Origin: the human T2T-CHM13v2.0 reference genome, Homo sapiens
Assembly (NCBI RefSeq): GCF_009914755.1
Contig: NC_060928.1
Length of the DNA stretch: 64,000 nucleotides
Strand: one strand, 5' to 3'
Part shown: positions 27,958 to 41,840 of the stretch, in pieces
Layout: each line of letters starts with the position of its first letter
Position numbering within the stretch: position 1 is the stretch's first letter
Notes under the pieces: model-generated
The model's database searches: none
What the model was told of the DNA's origin: nothing
The model's input: only the letters and a program-made list of their open reading frames with translations
Made by a program: the position numbers and the translations under genes

Positions 27958-29212
27958 TATTAATAATAAGCAATCTAAAAATGGGAAAGAGAAGACCAAA
28001 CTGGTAACATTTTCAAGTCAGTAATTTCTTTGGAAAACCCAAAAAATCAATGAAACATGAAAACTAGGAAGAGAGTTCAACAAGGCTGTCAATTACAAAT
28101 GAAAAATACAAGATCAATTGCTTATCTTCTGTTTTAAAGGGTATTAAAAATTCATGCTTTGAGAGCTCCTCTGTTCTAAATACATAGCAATGACACTTAG
28201 GTTATAAAGGGATAATTCAAATAGCCCGGTCATTATCAAAAATTAAGTAACTGTCTCTGTGCGTCTGAAACACAAAGGGGTGAAATAAGTAAGTGGAGTT
28301 GAAGCCATGGGCCTCCTGGGTTCCAGATGCAGAGGCAGACAAAAGAGGCTCGGAATTCAGCTCCCAGGGTGTCACCAAAACTAACTCAATTTGTTGGAGG
28401 GAGGTCGGAAATTGGAGCCTGGTTTACTGCATGAAACCTGGGGTTGCTGTGGGGATTTCTCTGCCTTATGTGACAGAGGGCTAAACTTTGGGGCAGCCCA
28501 AACGTTTAATGAAATTACGTGTGCAAATCCCAATAGCATCGGTGGCAGGGTGGCATTAGACAATGCAGAAGATTTTTCAAAATAATTATAAAATGTATGT
28601 GAAGAAAAAAATGGCAAAAAAGAAACAAGAAACATAAGGAAAAAGTATTTTTCAAAAAAAAAAAGATGCAAGGCTTGCCCTGCAATTTTCTTAAAATGCA
28701 TTATAAAATTATGTTATTAAACAACATAGAGATTCCATATATAAAAATAAATGAATTCATTCACATTTATGTAATACTTTAATACATAAAAGGTAGCCTT
28801 TAATACTAAGAAGATGTACTTCTCAAGAATCCATTAGAAAAACTGGTTAACGACCTCCAAAAAGGAACATTTAAATTTTAAAAACATTTATATACCAAAA
28901 TGTGAAGATTATTAAAGCTGACTGGTACAATTGAAAATTTTCAATATATTTTACAGCCAATATTTATAACATAGAAAGAGCCCTTATAAATCAACAAGAT
29001 GCATATATATTAATATGTATGTTTTAAAAGATAAGAAGATGTAGAGAATAAGAAGAAACTAGAAATATCCAAAACTGGACAAAGAATATGAAGAGGGGAA
29101 ATACAAATGGTGAGTAAATATATAAAATGTTTAACCTCACTAATAATTAAATAAATAAAAATGAAAACAACAATTAGATAGCATTACTTGCCTCTTCTCC
29201 AACAAAGATGTA

Positions 29213-29606
29213 TGTTAAGGCCTAAATTGTGTCCTATTCTTCAAATCATAGGTTGAAGCCCTAACCACGTTTCTCAGAATGTGTCTGTATTTGAAGATAG
29301 GAACTTTAAAGAAGTGGTCAAGTTAAAATGAGGCCATTGAGGTAGGGCCCTAATTCAATTTGGCTGGTGTTTGTATAAGAAGAGGAAATTTGGACACACA
29401 GAGAGACACCTGGCACGTTCATGCACTCAGGGACCATGTGAACACACAGCAAGAAGACAGCCATCGCAAGACAAGGAGAGAGAGCTGGGAAGAAGCCAAA
29501 CCTGCTGACACCTTGATCTTAGACTGTTATTGTCTAGAACCGTGAGAAGATAAATTTCTGTGCCTGCCAGTGGTATCTTCTTATGGCAGACCTAGCAAAC
29601 TAATAT
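29213..29606 (+). mobile_element. MLT1B-like MaLR LTR
   Basis: aattgtgtcc..gttgaagccctaacc..gttaaaatgaggcc..ataagaagaggaaatttggacacaca..aaacctgctgacaccttgatctt..tatggcagacctagcaaactaata. Confidence 0.85.
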
Positions 29607-29824
29607 GAAAGATAACAATAAATGGTAATATCCATTGGGCCTAAGTGCAATACTGGTGAGGGTGTAAATTGATACCATCATTCTAAAGGGCAAACTGCAA
29701 CATAGAGCAAAGCTTCCTAGCGCTGAGGTGCCTCTCCCCACAAATTCTTAAACGCCTTAGAAGTTTATCCTAGGAAAACCACAGGGATCTATAGAAAATA
29801 TATGCACAAGGAAGTTCATAATAG

Positions 29825-30013
29825 CAAAAGTATATATATATTTTAAAGGTAATATATATAGGTTCATCAAAAGAGTATATATAAATAATGCTACTACAGA
29901 ATGGCATCCATTTAAAAAGCATGTTATAGAATAATACTTAGTAATATGGGGAAATACACACATATACTGTTGAGTGAAATACTCAAGTTACACACAATAT
30001 TTACTAAATGATT
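29825..30013. repeat. Inverted repeat arm B (partner 23295-23479)
   Basis: See arm A. Confidence 0.95.
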
Positions 30014-30325
30014 TTTTTTTTACTTATAATATTACTGTTCTATATAAGCAAGCATATTCATGATGTGTAAAAATGCTGATAATTGTCTCTGGGTGATAAA
30101 GTTATAGATCTAAATTCACTTTTTATATTTTAAAATTTTCATAAATTAATCATGTATTAATTTTGTCATTCTTTCAGGCACCCAGCTATAAGGAAGACTA
30201 CAAGGCAGATGGTCTTAACATTTCACTTAACCTTATGAAGACAGAAAAATGAAAACTTACAGTAACATTGAAACCCAAGTAACAGAAATAAAATATCAGA
30301 AATAAGGTATAAAAGTATATATAAG

Positions 30326-30456
30326 GGCTGGACACTGTGGCTCACTCCTATAATCCCAGCACTTCGGAAGGTCAAGGTAGGAGGATCATTTGAGCTCAGG
30401 TGTTTGAGACAACCCTGGGCAGCATAGAAAGATGCCATCTCTAAAACGAAAAATGA
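30326..30456 (+). mobile_element. FLAM_C-like free left Alu monomer
   Basis: ggaggatcatttgagctcagg..ctgggcagcatagaaagatgccatctctaaaa, flanked by aaaagtatatata repeats. Confidence 0.75.
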
Positions 30457-30469
30457 AAAAGTATATATA

Positions 30470-30639
<170 letters not shown>

Positions 30640-32289
30640 TCAGAAATAAAATAAAATTAGATAATTTCCTACAACCTACAATTTCCTACAGCACTAGAAG
30701 GCCAATAAAGCTCTATTTAATTGTGGCCTACCCATGCTTTGCTCACCTAAAAGTAAGAATATCCTTTCTTTTCCTTTCTCCCTCTGCCTACTTCCTATTT
30801 CAGAACTCAAGGTTCACACAAAACAGAAAACTATTTCTCTATCACTTTGGAATCACTTTATATAGCAGGCCTTCAGTTTATCACCTATTATTCCATGAAA
30901 AATTCAATATATTCTCTGAATACCATAAAGTTAGACTCTAACCTATTAATAAAAGTGAAAACATCAATGTATGTTAAAAGTAAAGTATATGAAAAATCAC
31001 TCTTCTGGGTCAAGTAGGAATGACACGCTACTCAGATAATTGAAGTGGAATGTGGTCAAAACTATATTCAGAGGAAAAGTTGTATTTTTACAAGCTTTTA
31101 TTATTAAATAAGAAAGAATGGAAACAATGAAAGTAAATATTTAATTCTAGAATCTAAAGGGAAAAATCAATGAAAATTTTAAGGAAAGCAAGAAATGAAA
31201 GAGCAAAAAGGTAAACACAGAGGTTAGTGAAACATCTAAAATTTTCAAAAAGCTAAGAGATAAAGCACCAGTGTAAAATCTTAGGAATGCAAATTTATTT
31301 ACAAAATATTTAAAATGTAAACAGAATGTTACGTACAACTTGATGGTAAAACGATGAGAAATGTATACAAAATTGATTAATTTATAGGAAAACACAAACA
31401 AAACTAGCTTAAGAAGTCAAATAAAATGAGTAATAATATATGATTATCAATCTAATTATTGTAGAAACTGAGATTTGTATTTAGAACATTCTCAAAATAA
31501 AGTTAAACTCCTCAGTCTCACCAATTTTTCATTTCTAGGCAATCACCAAATTGTACTGACTCTACTTTCTGGATCTCTTTCTAACACGCCCCCTTCCCTC
31601 TACCCTGCTGTCAACACCACTGCTTTATTTCAGGGTCTCATTACTTGCTTAAGTACAGAGTTCCTATTTCTCCAAACCCAGCACCTAGCAAACGGCCTGG
31701 AATTGTAGAGGGAGTGGAAAAAGTTTGTTGAAAGTTTAAAGAAACACAATGAAGCTGTTATAAACCAATCATAAAATATAGGTAAAATTATGGTAGTCCT
31801 CTGGTATGGTGAATTTAATTGACAAATGCATACCACTTTTGAAATTCTCTGCCCAGAGATAACAAAGAAAGATAATAGTGTGTCCATCTCACTGTGAGTC
31901 AAAGAATCTTCACAACGCATGAAACAAAAAGGATGGGGTGGGACGTGCTCTAAGGAGGTAGCAGCGTACATAATGTTCTCATTTCCCTAGCTAAACTATA
32001 TGTACTTTGAGGTAACAGACTTTGCCTTTTGTTTCTTCCATAACCACCCATGCCTTAACTACAGATGGTATACATAAAAAAGTATAAGCTCTTCTAAATG
32101 TGTTTTAGATTACGTCTCCTCTATCCTACTTAAAGTGATTAGCCATTTTTCCTCTCTATAACATCATCAAAATTTTGATGATGGGATTATTTTCATCAAG
32201 ATACTATTATGTAATTTTTCTAAACACACACATATATATATACACATGCACACCACTTTCTCTTGCCCCTTATTCCACTTTCCTACTAA

Positions 32290-33290
32290 CAACTATCTTA
32301 AATCTTTGCCTTAAAACTCCTTGAGAGTCCTGTTTACTTTCTGTTTCCAATTCTTCCCCTTTCATTTCCCCCAAGGCACATCTAGCAGGCACAAAGCGCT
32401 TTCCCTGTGGTGACCTATGACCTCCATGGTGCTAGATCTAATGGTAAATTCTTTGTCTGAATTTTAGAGTGACTAATCAGCAGCCTTTGACACAGTTGAG
32501 CACCCCCTCTCTTAGCTTCCAAGACAACACCCCTTTGCTTTTCCTCCTGCCTTACTAGATCTTCCTTCTCAGTCTCCTTTCTTTTCTCCGTGTTTCATAA
32601 TGGTGGATTGGTACAGGGCACACACACCTCTCCTTTACTTATGCTAACTCTGGTGATCTCATCCAATCTCACAGCTTTAAACACATGTTAGAATCCTAAA
32701 TTTGCTTCTTCAGCACAGGTTTCTCTCTTCAACTCCAGATTTATACACAAAATTACCTACTTCACATTTCCTCTTGGATTTCTAGTAGACACATCAAATT
32801 CACCATAAACAAAAATGAACTCCTAGCCTTTCCCATCAAACACACTTTATTATAGCCTTCCTCCCCTCAGTTGAGGGCAATCTCTTCCTGACAGTTACTC
32901 AGGCCAAAAACTTGGATTATTTCTTAATTATCGTAATCACACTCTCCACAACTATTCTATTTTCAAATCCTGTGGACTCTCCTTCCAACACCTACCCAAA
33001 ATCAGACAATTTGTGCCATCTCTACAGCTCACCAACCTAGTTTAAGCCATCATGGTCTTTCACATAGATTACTGCAACATTCTCTGACCAGATCTCCCTT
33101 CCTCACCCTTCCAGTCTACTCTCAACATAGCATCTGGAGTGGTCATCTCTCAGGATGCTTTATGGCTTCCCTTTCACTCAGTAAAATCCAAAGCCCTAAA
33201 ATAGCCTCAAGGCCCCTCAGAATCTGCCTAGCCCCATTATCCCTGTGACCTCAAGACTATTACTTTCCCCTTTGCTTAGTCCTCATTCAT
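32290..33290 (+). mobile_element. L2 LINE remnant (RT region toward 3' end)
   Basis: tcagcagcctttgacacagttgagcac (SAAFDTVxH motif), ggtgatctcatccaatctcacagctttaaa and gttactcaggccaaaaacttgg. Confidence 0.85.
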
Positions 33291-35087
33291 CAGAAATGTG
33301 TCACTTGACCACCACTTGCTTCCAGGGAGTCTGAGAAATCAAGCTTATTAGCTGGGTACATTGCCACCCCAACAAAATAGGGAGAAGGAGAGGAATAAGT
33401 ATTATCAAGGCAACTGGCAGTGACTGTCACACACCCATGATTATCTTATTTTGCAAGAAGGGAAGCAAAGTCTCAGGTAAGTTAGGTTACTTTCCACGAG
33501 AGTTTCCTAGACAGTAACTTAGTTAGAAAATGGAGAACTGAAATTCAAATCCAAGTTTGTCTGACTACACATCCCTTTATTTTTCTATTACGTCAAGCAC
33601 CCTCCCTCCTTTAATAGAAAATTACCAGCCTTTGAATGATTTTGAGCACAGGATTTGTTCTTCCAAACTGCCTAGCCCAAAATAGTTATCTCATAAATGT
33701 TCTTGAGAATGATTAAAAATTATATTTCCAGGTTGACGTTTCAATGTCAATCACTGATTATGCCACCAGTGCTAGAATGGATTAAAAAAAAAAGAAACTT
33801 GAAGATGGCCAAATAGGAACAGGTCCAGTCTACAGCTTCCAGTAAGATCAACACAGAAGGTGGGTGATTTCTCCATTTCTAACTGAGGTACCCGGTTCAT
33901 CCACTGAGACTGGTTAGACAGTGGGTGCAACCCACAGAGGGCTAGCCAAAGCCGGGTGGGGCGCTGCCTCACCCAGGAAGCGTAAGGGTCGAGGAACTCC
34001 TTTCCCAATCCAAGGGAAGCCATGAGGGACTGTGCACTCTGGCCCAGATACTACCCTTTCCCACGGTCTTCACGACTAGGAGATCCATTCTGGTGCCTAT
34101 GCCACCAGGTCCCTGGGTTTCAAGCACAAAACTGGGAGGCTGTTTGGGCAGAGACTGAGCTAGTTGTAGGAGTTATTTTTCATATCCTAGTGGCACCTGA
34201 AATGCCAGCAAGACAGAACCGCTCACTCTCCTGGAAAGGGGGCTGAAGCCAGGGAGCCAAGTGGTCTAGCTCACAGATCCCACCCCCTGAGAGTCCAGCA
34301 AGCTAAGATCCACTGCCCTGAAATTCTCGCTGCCACCACAACAGTTTGAAGTTGACCTGGGATGCTCTAGCTCAGTGCGGGGAAGGGCATCCGCCATTAC
34401 TGAGGCTTGAGTAGGCAGTTTTCCCCTCACAGTGTAAACAAAGGTGCCAGGAAGTTCGAACTGAGTGGAGCCCACTGCAGCTAGGAAATGCTGCTGTACC
34501 CAGATTGCATCTCTAAATTCCTCCACTCTGGGCAGGGCATCTCTGAAAGAAAGGCAGCAGCCACAGTAAGGCGTGATAGACAAAACACCCATCTCCCTGG
34601 GACAGAGCACCTGGGGGAAGGTGCAGCTGTGGGCACAGCTTCAGCAGACTTAAATGTTCCTGCCTGCCGGCTCTGAAGAGAGTAGCAGATCTCCCAGCAC
34701 AGTGCTTCAGCTCTGCTAAGGGACAGACTGCCTCCTCAAGAGGGTCCCTGACCCCTGTGCCTCCTAACTGGGAGACACCTCCCAGCAGGGGACAACAGAC
34801 ACTTCATACAGGAGAGCTCTGGCTGGCATCTGGCACACCCCCCTCTGGCATGAAGCTTCCAGAGGAAGGAACAGGCAGCAATCTTTGCTGTTCTGCAGCC
34901 TCTGCTGGTGATACACAGGCAAACTGGGTCTGGAGTGGACCTCCAGCAACTCCAGCAGACAGGCCTGACTGTTACAAGGAAAACTAACAGAAAGGAATAG
35001 CATCAACATCAACAAAAGGACATCCACACAGAAACCCCATCCAAAGATCACCAAAATCAAAGACTAAATGTAGATACATCCAAGAAG

Positions 35088-36119
35088 ATGAGGAAAAACC
35101 AGCACAAAAAGGCTGAAAATTCCAAAAACCAGAACACCTCTTCTCATCCAGAGGATCATAACTCCTCTTCAGCAAGGGAACAAAACTGGATGGAGAATGA
35201 GTTTGATGAATTCACACAAGTAAGCTTCAGAAGGTGGGTAATAGCAAACTCCTCCGAGGTAAAGGAGCATGTTCTAACCCAATGAAAGGAAGCCAAGAAC
35301 CTTGAAAAAAGGTTGGAGGAATTGCTAACTAGAATAATCAGTTTAGAGAGAACATAAATGACCTGATGGAGCTGAAAAAAACAGCACAAGAACTTTGTGA
35401 AGCATACATAAGTATCAATAGCCAAATTGATCAAACAGAAGAAAGGTTATCAGAGATTGAAGATCAACTTAATGAAATAAAGCATGAAGACAAGATTAGA
35501 GAAAAAAGAATGAAAAGGAATGAACAAAGCCTCCAAGAAATAAGGGACTATGTGAAAAGTCCAAATCTACATTTGACTGGTGTACCTGAAAGTGATAAGG
35601 ATAATGGAACCAAGTTGGAAAACACTCTTCAGGATATTATCCAGGAGAACTTCCCCAACATAGCAAGACAGGCCAACATTCAAATTCAGGAAATACAGTG
35701 AACACCTCAAAGGTACTCCCCAAGAAGAGCTACCAGAAAACACATAATCATCAGATTCACCAAGGTGAAATGAAAAAAAAAAAAATGTTAAGTGCAGCCA
35801 GAGAGAAAGGTCAGGTTACCCACAAAGGGAAGCCCATTAGACTAACAGTGGATTCCTCTGCAGAAATCCTACAAGCCAGAAGAGAGTGGGGGCAAATATT
35901 CAACATTCTTAAAGAAAATAATTTTCAACCCAGAATTGCATATCCAGCCAAACTAAGCTTCATAAGCAAAGGAGAAATAAAACCCTTTACAGACAAGCAA
36001 ATGCTTGTGGTTGTGATTTTGTCACCACCAGGCCTGCCTTATAAGAGCTATTGAAAGAAGCACTAAACATGGAAAGGAACAATTCGTACCAGCCACTGCA
36101 AAAACATACCAAATCGTAA
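35088..36119 (+). pseudogene. L1 ORF1p, disrupted
   Basis: MRKNQHKKAENSKNQN..., LQDIIQENFPN and ARREWGQIFNILKENNFQPRIAYPAKLSF; stop at 35283-85 and frameshifts. Confidence 0.92.
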
Positions 36120-36180
36120 AGACCATTGACACTGAAGAAACTGCATCAACTAATAGGCAAAATAACCAACTAGCATCATA

Positions 36181-39100
36181 ATGACAGGATCAAATTCACA
36201 CACACAATAATATTAACCTTAAATGTAAACGGGCTAAATGCCCCAAATAAAAGACACAGACTAGCAAATTGGATAGAGTCAAGACCCATTGGTGTGCTGT
36301 ATTCAGGAGACCCATCTAACATGCAAAAACTCACATAGGCTCAAAATAAAGGGAGGGAGGAATATCTACCAAGCAAATGGAAAGCAAAAAAGAGCAGGGG
36401 TTGCAATCCTAGTCTCTGATAAAACAGACTTTAAACCAACAAAGATCAAAAAAGACAAAGAAGGGCATTACATAATGGTAAAGGGATCAAAGCAACAAAA
36501 AGAGCTAAATATCCTAAATATATATGTACCCAATACAGGAACACACAGATTCATAAAGCAAGTCCTTAGAGACCTGCAAAGAGACTTACACTCCACACAA
36601 TAATGGAGACTTTAACGGCCCACTGTCAATGAAATAAAGCAATTTATTAGAACAATGAGACAGAAAATTAACAAGGATTTTCAGAACTTGAACTCAGCTC
36701 TGGACCAAGTGGACCTAACAGACATCTACAGAACTCTCCACTCCAAATCAATAGAATATACATTCTTCTCAGCACCACATTGCACTTATTCTAAAATTGA
36801 CCACATAATTGGAAGTAAAAAACTCCTCAGCAAATGCAAAAGAAAGGAAATCAATAATAGTCTCTCAGACCACAGTGCAATCAAGGTAGAACTCAAGATT
36901 AAGAAACTCACTCAAAACCACACAACTACATGGAAACTGCACAACCTGCTACTGAATTACTACAGAGTAAATAATGAAATCAAGGCAGAAATAAATAAGT
37001 TCTTTGAAACCAATGAGAACAAAGACACAATGTGCCAGAATCTCTGGGACAGAGCTAAAGCAGTGTTTAGAGGGAAATTTATAGCACTAAATGCCCACAG
37101 CAGAAAGTGGGAATGATCTAAAATCAACACCCTAGCATCACAATTAAAAGAAGTAGAGAAGCAAGAGCAAACAAATTCAAAAGCTAGCAGAAGACAAGAA
37201 ATAACTAAGACCAGAGCAGAACTGAAGGAGATGGAGACACAAAAAATCCTTCAAAAAATCAATGAATCCAGAAGCTGGTATTTTGAAAAGATCAACAAAA
37301 TAGATAGACTGCTAGCCAGACCAATAAAAAAGAAAAGAGAGAAGAATCAAATAGACAGAATAAAAAGTGATAAAGGGTATATCGCCACTGATCCCACAGA
37401 AATACAAACTACCATCAGAGAATACTATAAACACCACTACACAAATAAACTAGAAAATCTAAAAGAAATGGATAAATTCCTGGACACATACACCCTCCCA
37501 AGACTAAACCAGGAAGAAGTCAACTCTCTGAATAGACCAATAACAAGTTCTGAAACTGAGGCAGTAATTAATAGTCTGCTAACCAAAAAAAGCCCAACAC
37601 CAGACGGATTCACAGCCAAATTCTACAAGAGGTACAAAGAGGAGCTGGTACCATTCCTTCCGAAATTATTCCAAACAATAGAAAAAGAAGGACTCCTCCC
37701 TAACTCATGTAATGAGGCCAGCATCATCCTGATATCAAAGCCTGGCAGAGACACAACAAAAAAAGAAAATTTAAGGCCACTATCCCTGATGAACATTGAT
37801 GTGAAAATCCTCAATATGATACTGGCAAACCAAATCCAGCAGCATATCAAAAAGCTTATCCACCATGATCAAGTGGGCTTCATCTATGGGATGCAAGGCT
37901 GGTTCAACATATGCAAATCAATAAATGTAATCCATCACATAAACAGAACCAATGACAAAAAACACGTGATTATCTCAATAGATGCAGAAAAAGCCTTCAA
38001 TAAAATTCAATACCCCTTCATGCTAAAAAAACTCTCAATAAACTAGGTATTGATGGAATGTATCTCAAAAAAATAAGAGCTATTTATGAAAAACCTACAG
38101 CCAATATCATACTGAATGAACAAAAGCTGGAAGCCTTCCCTTTGAAAACTGGCACAAGACAAGGATGCCCTCTCTCACCACTCCTGTTCAACATAGTATT
38201 GGAAGTTCTGGCCAGGGCAATCAGGCAAGAGAAAGAAATAAAGGATATTCAAATAGGAAGAGAGGAAGTCAAATTGACTCTGTTTGCAGATGACATGATT
38301 GTATATTTAGAAAACTCCAACATCTCAGCCCAAAATCTCCTAAAGATGATAAGCAACTTCAGCAAAGTCTCAGGATACAAAATCAATGTGCAAAAATCAC
38401 AAGCATTCTTATACACCAATAATAGACAAACAGAGTGCCAAATCATGAGTGAACTCCCATTCACAATTGCTACAAAGAGAATAAAATACCTAGGAACATA
38501 ACTTACAAAGGGACGTGAAGAACCTCATCAAGGAGAACTACAAACCACTGCTCAAGGAAATAAGAGAGGACACAAATGGAAAAACATTCCATGCTCATGG
38601 ATAGGAAGAATCAATATTGTGAAAATGGCCACAATGCCCAAAGTAATTTACAGATTCAATGATATCCCCATCAAGCTACCATTGACATTCTTCACAGAAT
38701 TAGAATAAAACTACTTTAAATTTCATATGGAACCAAAAAGGAGCCCATATAGGCAAGACAATCATAAGCAAAAAGAACAAAGCCGGAGGCATCATACTAC
38801 CTGACTTTAAACTATACTACAAGGCTACAGGAACCAAAACAGCATGGTACTGGCACCAAAATAGATATATAGACCAGCGGAACAGAACAGAGGCCTCAGA
38901 AATAACACCACACATCTACAACCATCTGATCTTCAATAAACCTGACAAAAACAAGCTATGGGGAAAGAATTCCTTATTTAAAAATGCTGTTGGGAAAACT
39001 GGCTAGCCATATGCAGAAAACTGAAACTGGACCCCTTCCTTACACCTTCTACAAAAATTAACCCAAGATGGATTAAAGGATTAAAGGTAAGACCTAAAAC

Positions 39101-40007
39101 TATAACAACCCTAGAAGAAAACCTAGGAAATACCATTCAGAACATAGGCATGGGAAAAACTTCATGACTAAAACACCAAAAGCAATGGCAACAAAAGCCA
39201 AAATTGACAAATGAAATCTAATTAAACAAAGAGCTTCTCCACAGCAAAAGAAACCATCATCAAAGTGAACAGGCAACCTAGAGAATGGGAGAAAATTTTT
39301 GCAATCTATCCATCTGACAAGCAGCTAATATCCAGAATCTACATGGAACTTAAACAAATTTACAAGAAAAAAAACAAACAGTCCCATCAAAAAGTGGGCA
39401 AAGGATATGAATAGACACTTCTCAAAAGAAGACATTTATGCGGCCAACAAACATGAAAAAAAGCTCATCATCACTGGTCATTAGAGAAATGCACATCAAA
39501 ACCACAATGAGATACCATCTCACGCCAGTTAGAATGGCAATTGTTAAAAAGTGAGGAAACAACAGGTGCTGGAGAGGATGTGGAGAAATAGAAACACTTT
39601 TACACTGCTGGTGGGAGTGTAAATTAGTTCAACCATTGTGGAAGATAGTGTGGCAATTCCTCAAGGATCTAGAACCAGAAATACCATTTGACCCAGCAAT
39701 CTCATTACTGGGTATATACCCAAAGGATTATAAATCATTCTACTATAGAGACACATGCACACGTATGTTTATTGCAGCACTGTTCACTATAGTAAAGACT
39801 TGGAACCAGCCCAAATGCCCATCAATGATAGACTGGATAAAGAAAACGTGGCACCTATATACCGTTGAATACTATGCAGCCATAAAAAAGGATGAGTTCA
39901 TTTCCTTTTCAGGGACATGGATGAAGCTGGAAACCATCATTCTCAGCAAACTAACACAGGAAAAGAAAACCAAACACCGCATATTCTCACTCACAAGTGG
40001 GAGCTGA
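36181..40007 (+). pseudogene. L1 ORF2p (endonuclease/reverse transcriptase), disrupted
   Basis: MTGSNSH start, CCIQETHL and SDHSAIK (EN), [18 protein letters not shown] and LFADDMIVY (RT), C-terminal ..FSLTSGS*; multiple stops and frameshifts. Confidence 0.93.
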
Positions 40008-41114
40008 ACAGTAAGAACACAGGGACCCAGGGAGGGGAATGTCACACACCGGGGCCTGTCAGGGGTTGGGGGTTAGGGGAGGGATATCATTAGGAGAAAT
40101 ACCTAATGTAGATGATGAGTTGATGGGTGCAGCAAACCGCCATGGCATGTGTATACCTATGTAACAAACCTGCACGATCTACACATGTATCCCAGAACTT
40201 AAAGTATAATAATCATTTTTTTTTTTAAAAAAAGAATCAAGCCTCAGAATCTTCCTGTTTATAAATACTCCAGGTGATTCCTATAAACAGTAAAGACTGG
40301 CAACTACTACTCTGGTGCCAATCCTGATATTAGGCTAAAATTCCGATTTAGGGAACAAAGCCAAAGACTCTAATACCTAGCATTAAGCCATCCTGTCAAT
40401 ATTCTGGCCCTGACTTAGTGCCCTGAGTCTGACAATGGGCTTCTGCCTTTTCATTAAATGTGGTTTGCATCTGTGTCCCAATTCAAATAATTGGGATTTT
40501 GCCTTATTTTTTAGTGATTCCCTGACTGGAACCTGCCTAAAATTCTGGCTGCTTTCAGAAGGCCAGTTCTATGGCTTCCTGCCTGGGCCTCTGTCCCTGA
40601 ACTGTTCTTTAGTTGGAGTCTGTCTGCTTAATGACTGGTTTCCCTGACGTTGCCTACCTGCCTTTCCTGTCTGAAACTGAAAATCCCTGTCCCTGGATTT
40701 TCCTTTGCTGTGTGCCACTCACCTGTTGGACTCATCGGTGTATTTTTCTCCTTCCCAAAAATCAAGACTACTCTTTGCCACCTGTCACCAGAGTCCTCAC
40801 ATGGAACAAACTGGGTGAACTTTTCTTTACTTTACACCTGGCTTTGTGCCCCCCAAACCCTCCATGACCTTAATGTATGGGTTGAGTTTTTTTCTGCCTC
40901 CTCATCCTATTACAGTCACCTGGGCCGCTTCCAGCCATATCTCAAAACATGACAAGATACAATCAATCTAAGATAACTTTCAGCTAGAGTTCTATAACAC
41001 TCTGACTTAAGAGTCACAATTTGCCAAGCAAAATTAATGCCATCCAAGTTTGCATAGATGGAAATTGTATCATGTTTCTTTAGAATATTTTTCAAGTAAA
41101 ATGTAGAACAAGCA

Positions 41115-41117
<3 letters not shown>

Positions 41118-41153
<36 letters not shown>
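41118..41153. repeat. (AT)18 microsatellite
   Basis: Directly visible. Confidence 0.95.
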
Positions 41154-41155
<2 letters not shown>

Positions 41156-41689
41156 GTTTTTGACTGTGTGAGTTGGTACGATGGCGTGAGCTGGTAGGAA
41201 AGCACATAGAGAAGTGTAGCAAGAAAGAGATTTATTAATGAGTTCTCCCACATCCCTCCAGGATGGGAGAGACAAAGCTACTGGAAATGTAAAGATGAAT
41301 GAAGAAAAGACAAGCCACAGAAACTGGGGCCTCAGGGAGTTTTGGTAGAGAATTAAAAAGTAGGGTAACCAACTATCCAAGTTTATCTGGCACAGAAGAG
41401 TCTCCTGGGAAATGAGACTTTCAGGGCTCAAGCTGGAAAAGTCCCTGGCAAACCCCAATGAATTGATTACTAGAACTTGAAATTGTTTGGAGTTTTGCTC
41501 AATCAAAGATTAAGGATGTGAAAGAATTGTACAGAAAAGAAAAGAAAGTTAGACTTTCTTTAACGTATCTTGCGAAAATATGAAAATATCAGAAATATTT
41601 TTATTATTCTTGATTGGTAGGCTGTACTTTGTTGAATGCAACTTTGTCCAGGGACTTTTGTGCTAGCTGCATACATATTAATGAAAGAC

Positions 41690-41840
41690 AATAATACTGT
41701 CAAATACTTATTGGGAACTTAACATACCATCCACAGATTGAAGTGCTTTGCACGGAATATCTCAATTGTCCTCAAAGCAACCTTAGTAGATGAGTACTGT
41801 TATTAGTTACTTTTTACAGATAAGGAAATAAAGGCATGCA
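41690..41840 (-). mobile_element. MIR SINE
   Basis: agtgctttgcacggaatatctca..tcctcaaagcaacc..tttttacagataaggaaataaaggca. Confidence 0.7.

Larger units (their letters stand above)
28740..30170 (+). mobile_element. L1ME-like ORF2 end plus 3'UTR, interrupted by MLT1B
   Basis: aaaactggacaaagaatatgaa, tgtttaacctcactaataattaaa, tggtgagggtgtaaattgatacc, agaagtttatcctaggaaa and tatgcacaaggaagttcat. Confidence 0.75.
33800..40235 (+). mobile_element. Full-length L1PA7-like LINE-1 (inactivated)
   Basis: The 5'UTR starts aagatggccaaataggaacag and runs ~1.3 kb, followed by ORF1 and ORF2 remnants. The 3'UTR reads taggagaaatacctaatgtagatga..cccagaacttaaagtataat. A TSD-like aaaaaaagaa sits on both sides, with a TT|AAAA site. 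Confidence 0.95.

Noticed and set aside
35088-40007. Reverse transcriptase/endonuclease ORFs as a novel RT system or active element
   Set aside because: This is a standard primate LINE-1 with many stops and frameshifts.
40916-41506. 196-aa minus-strand ORF
   Set aside because: It has a non-ATG start, runs through the (AT)n tract and shows no recognisable domain.
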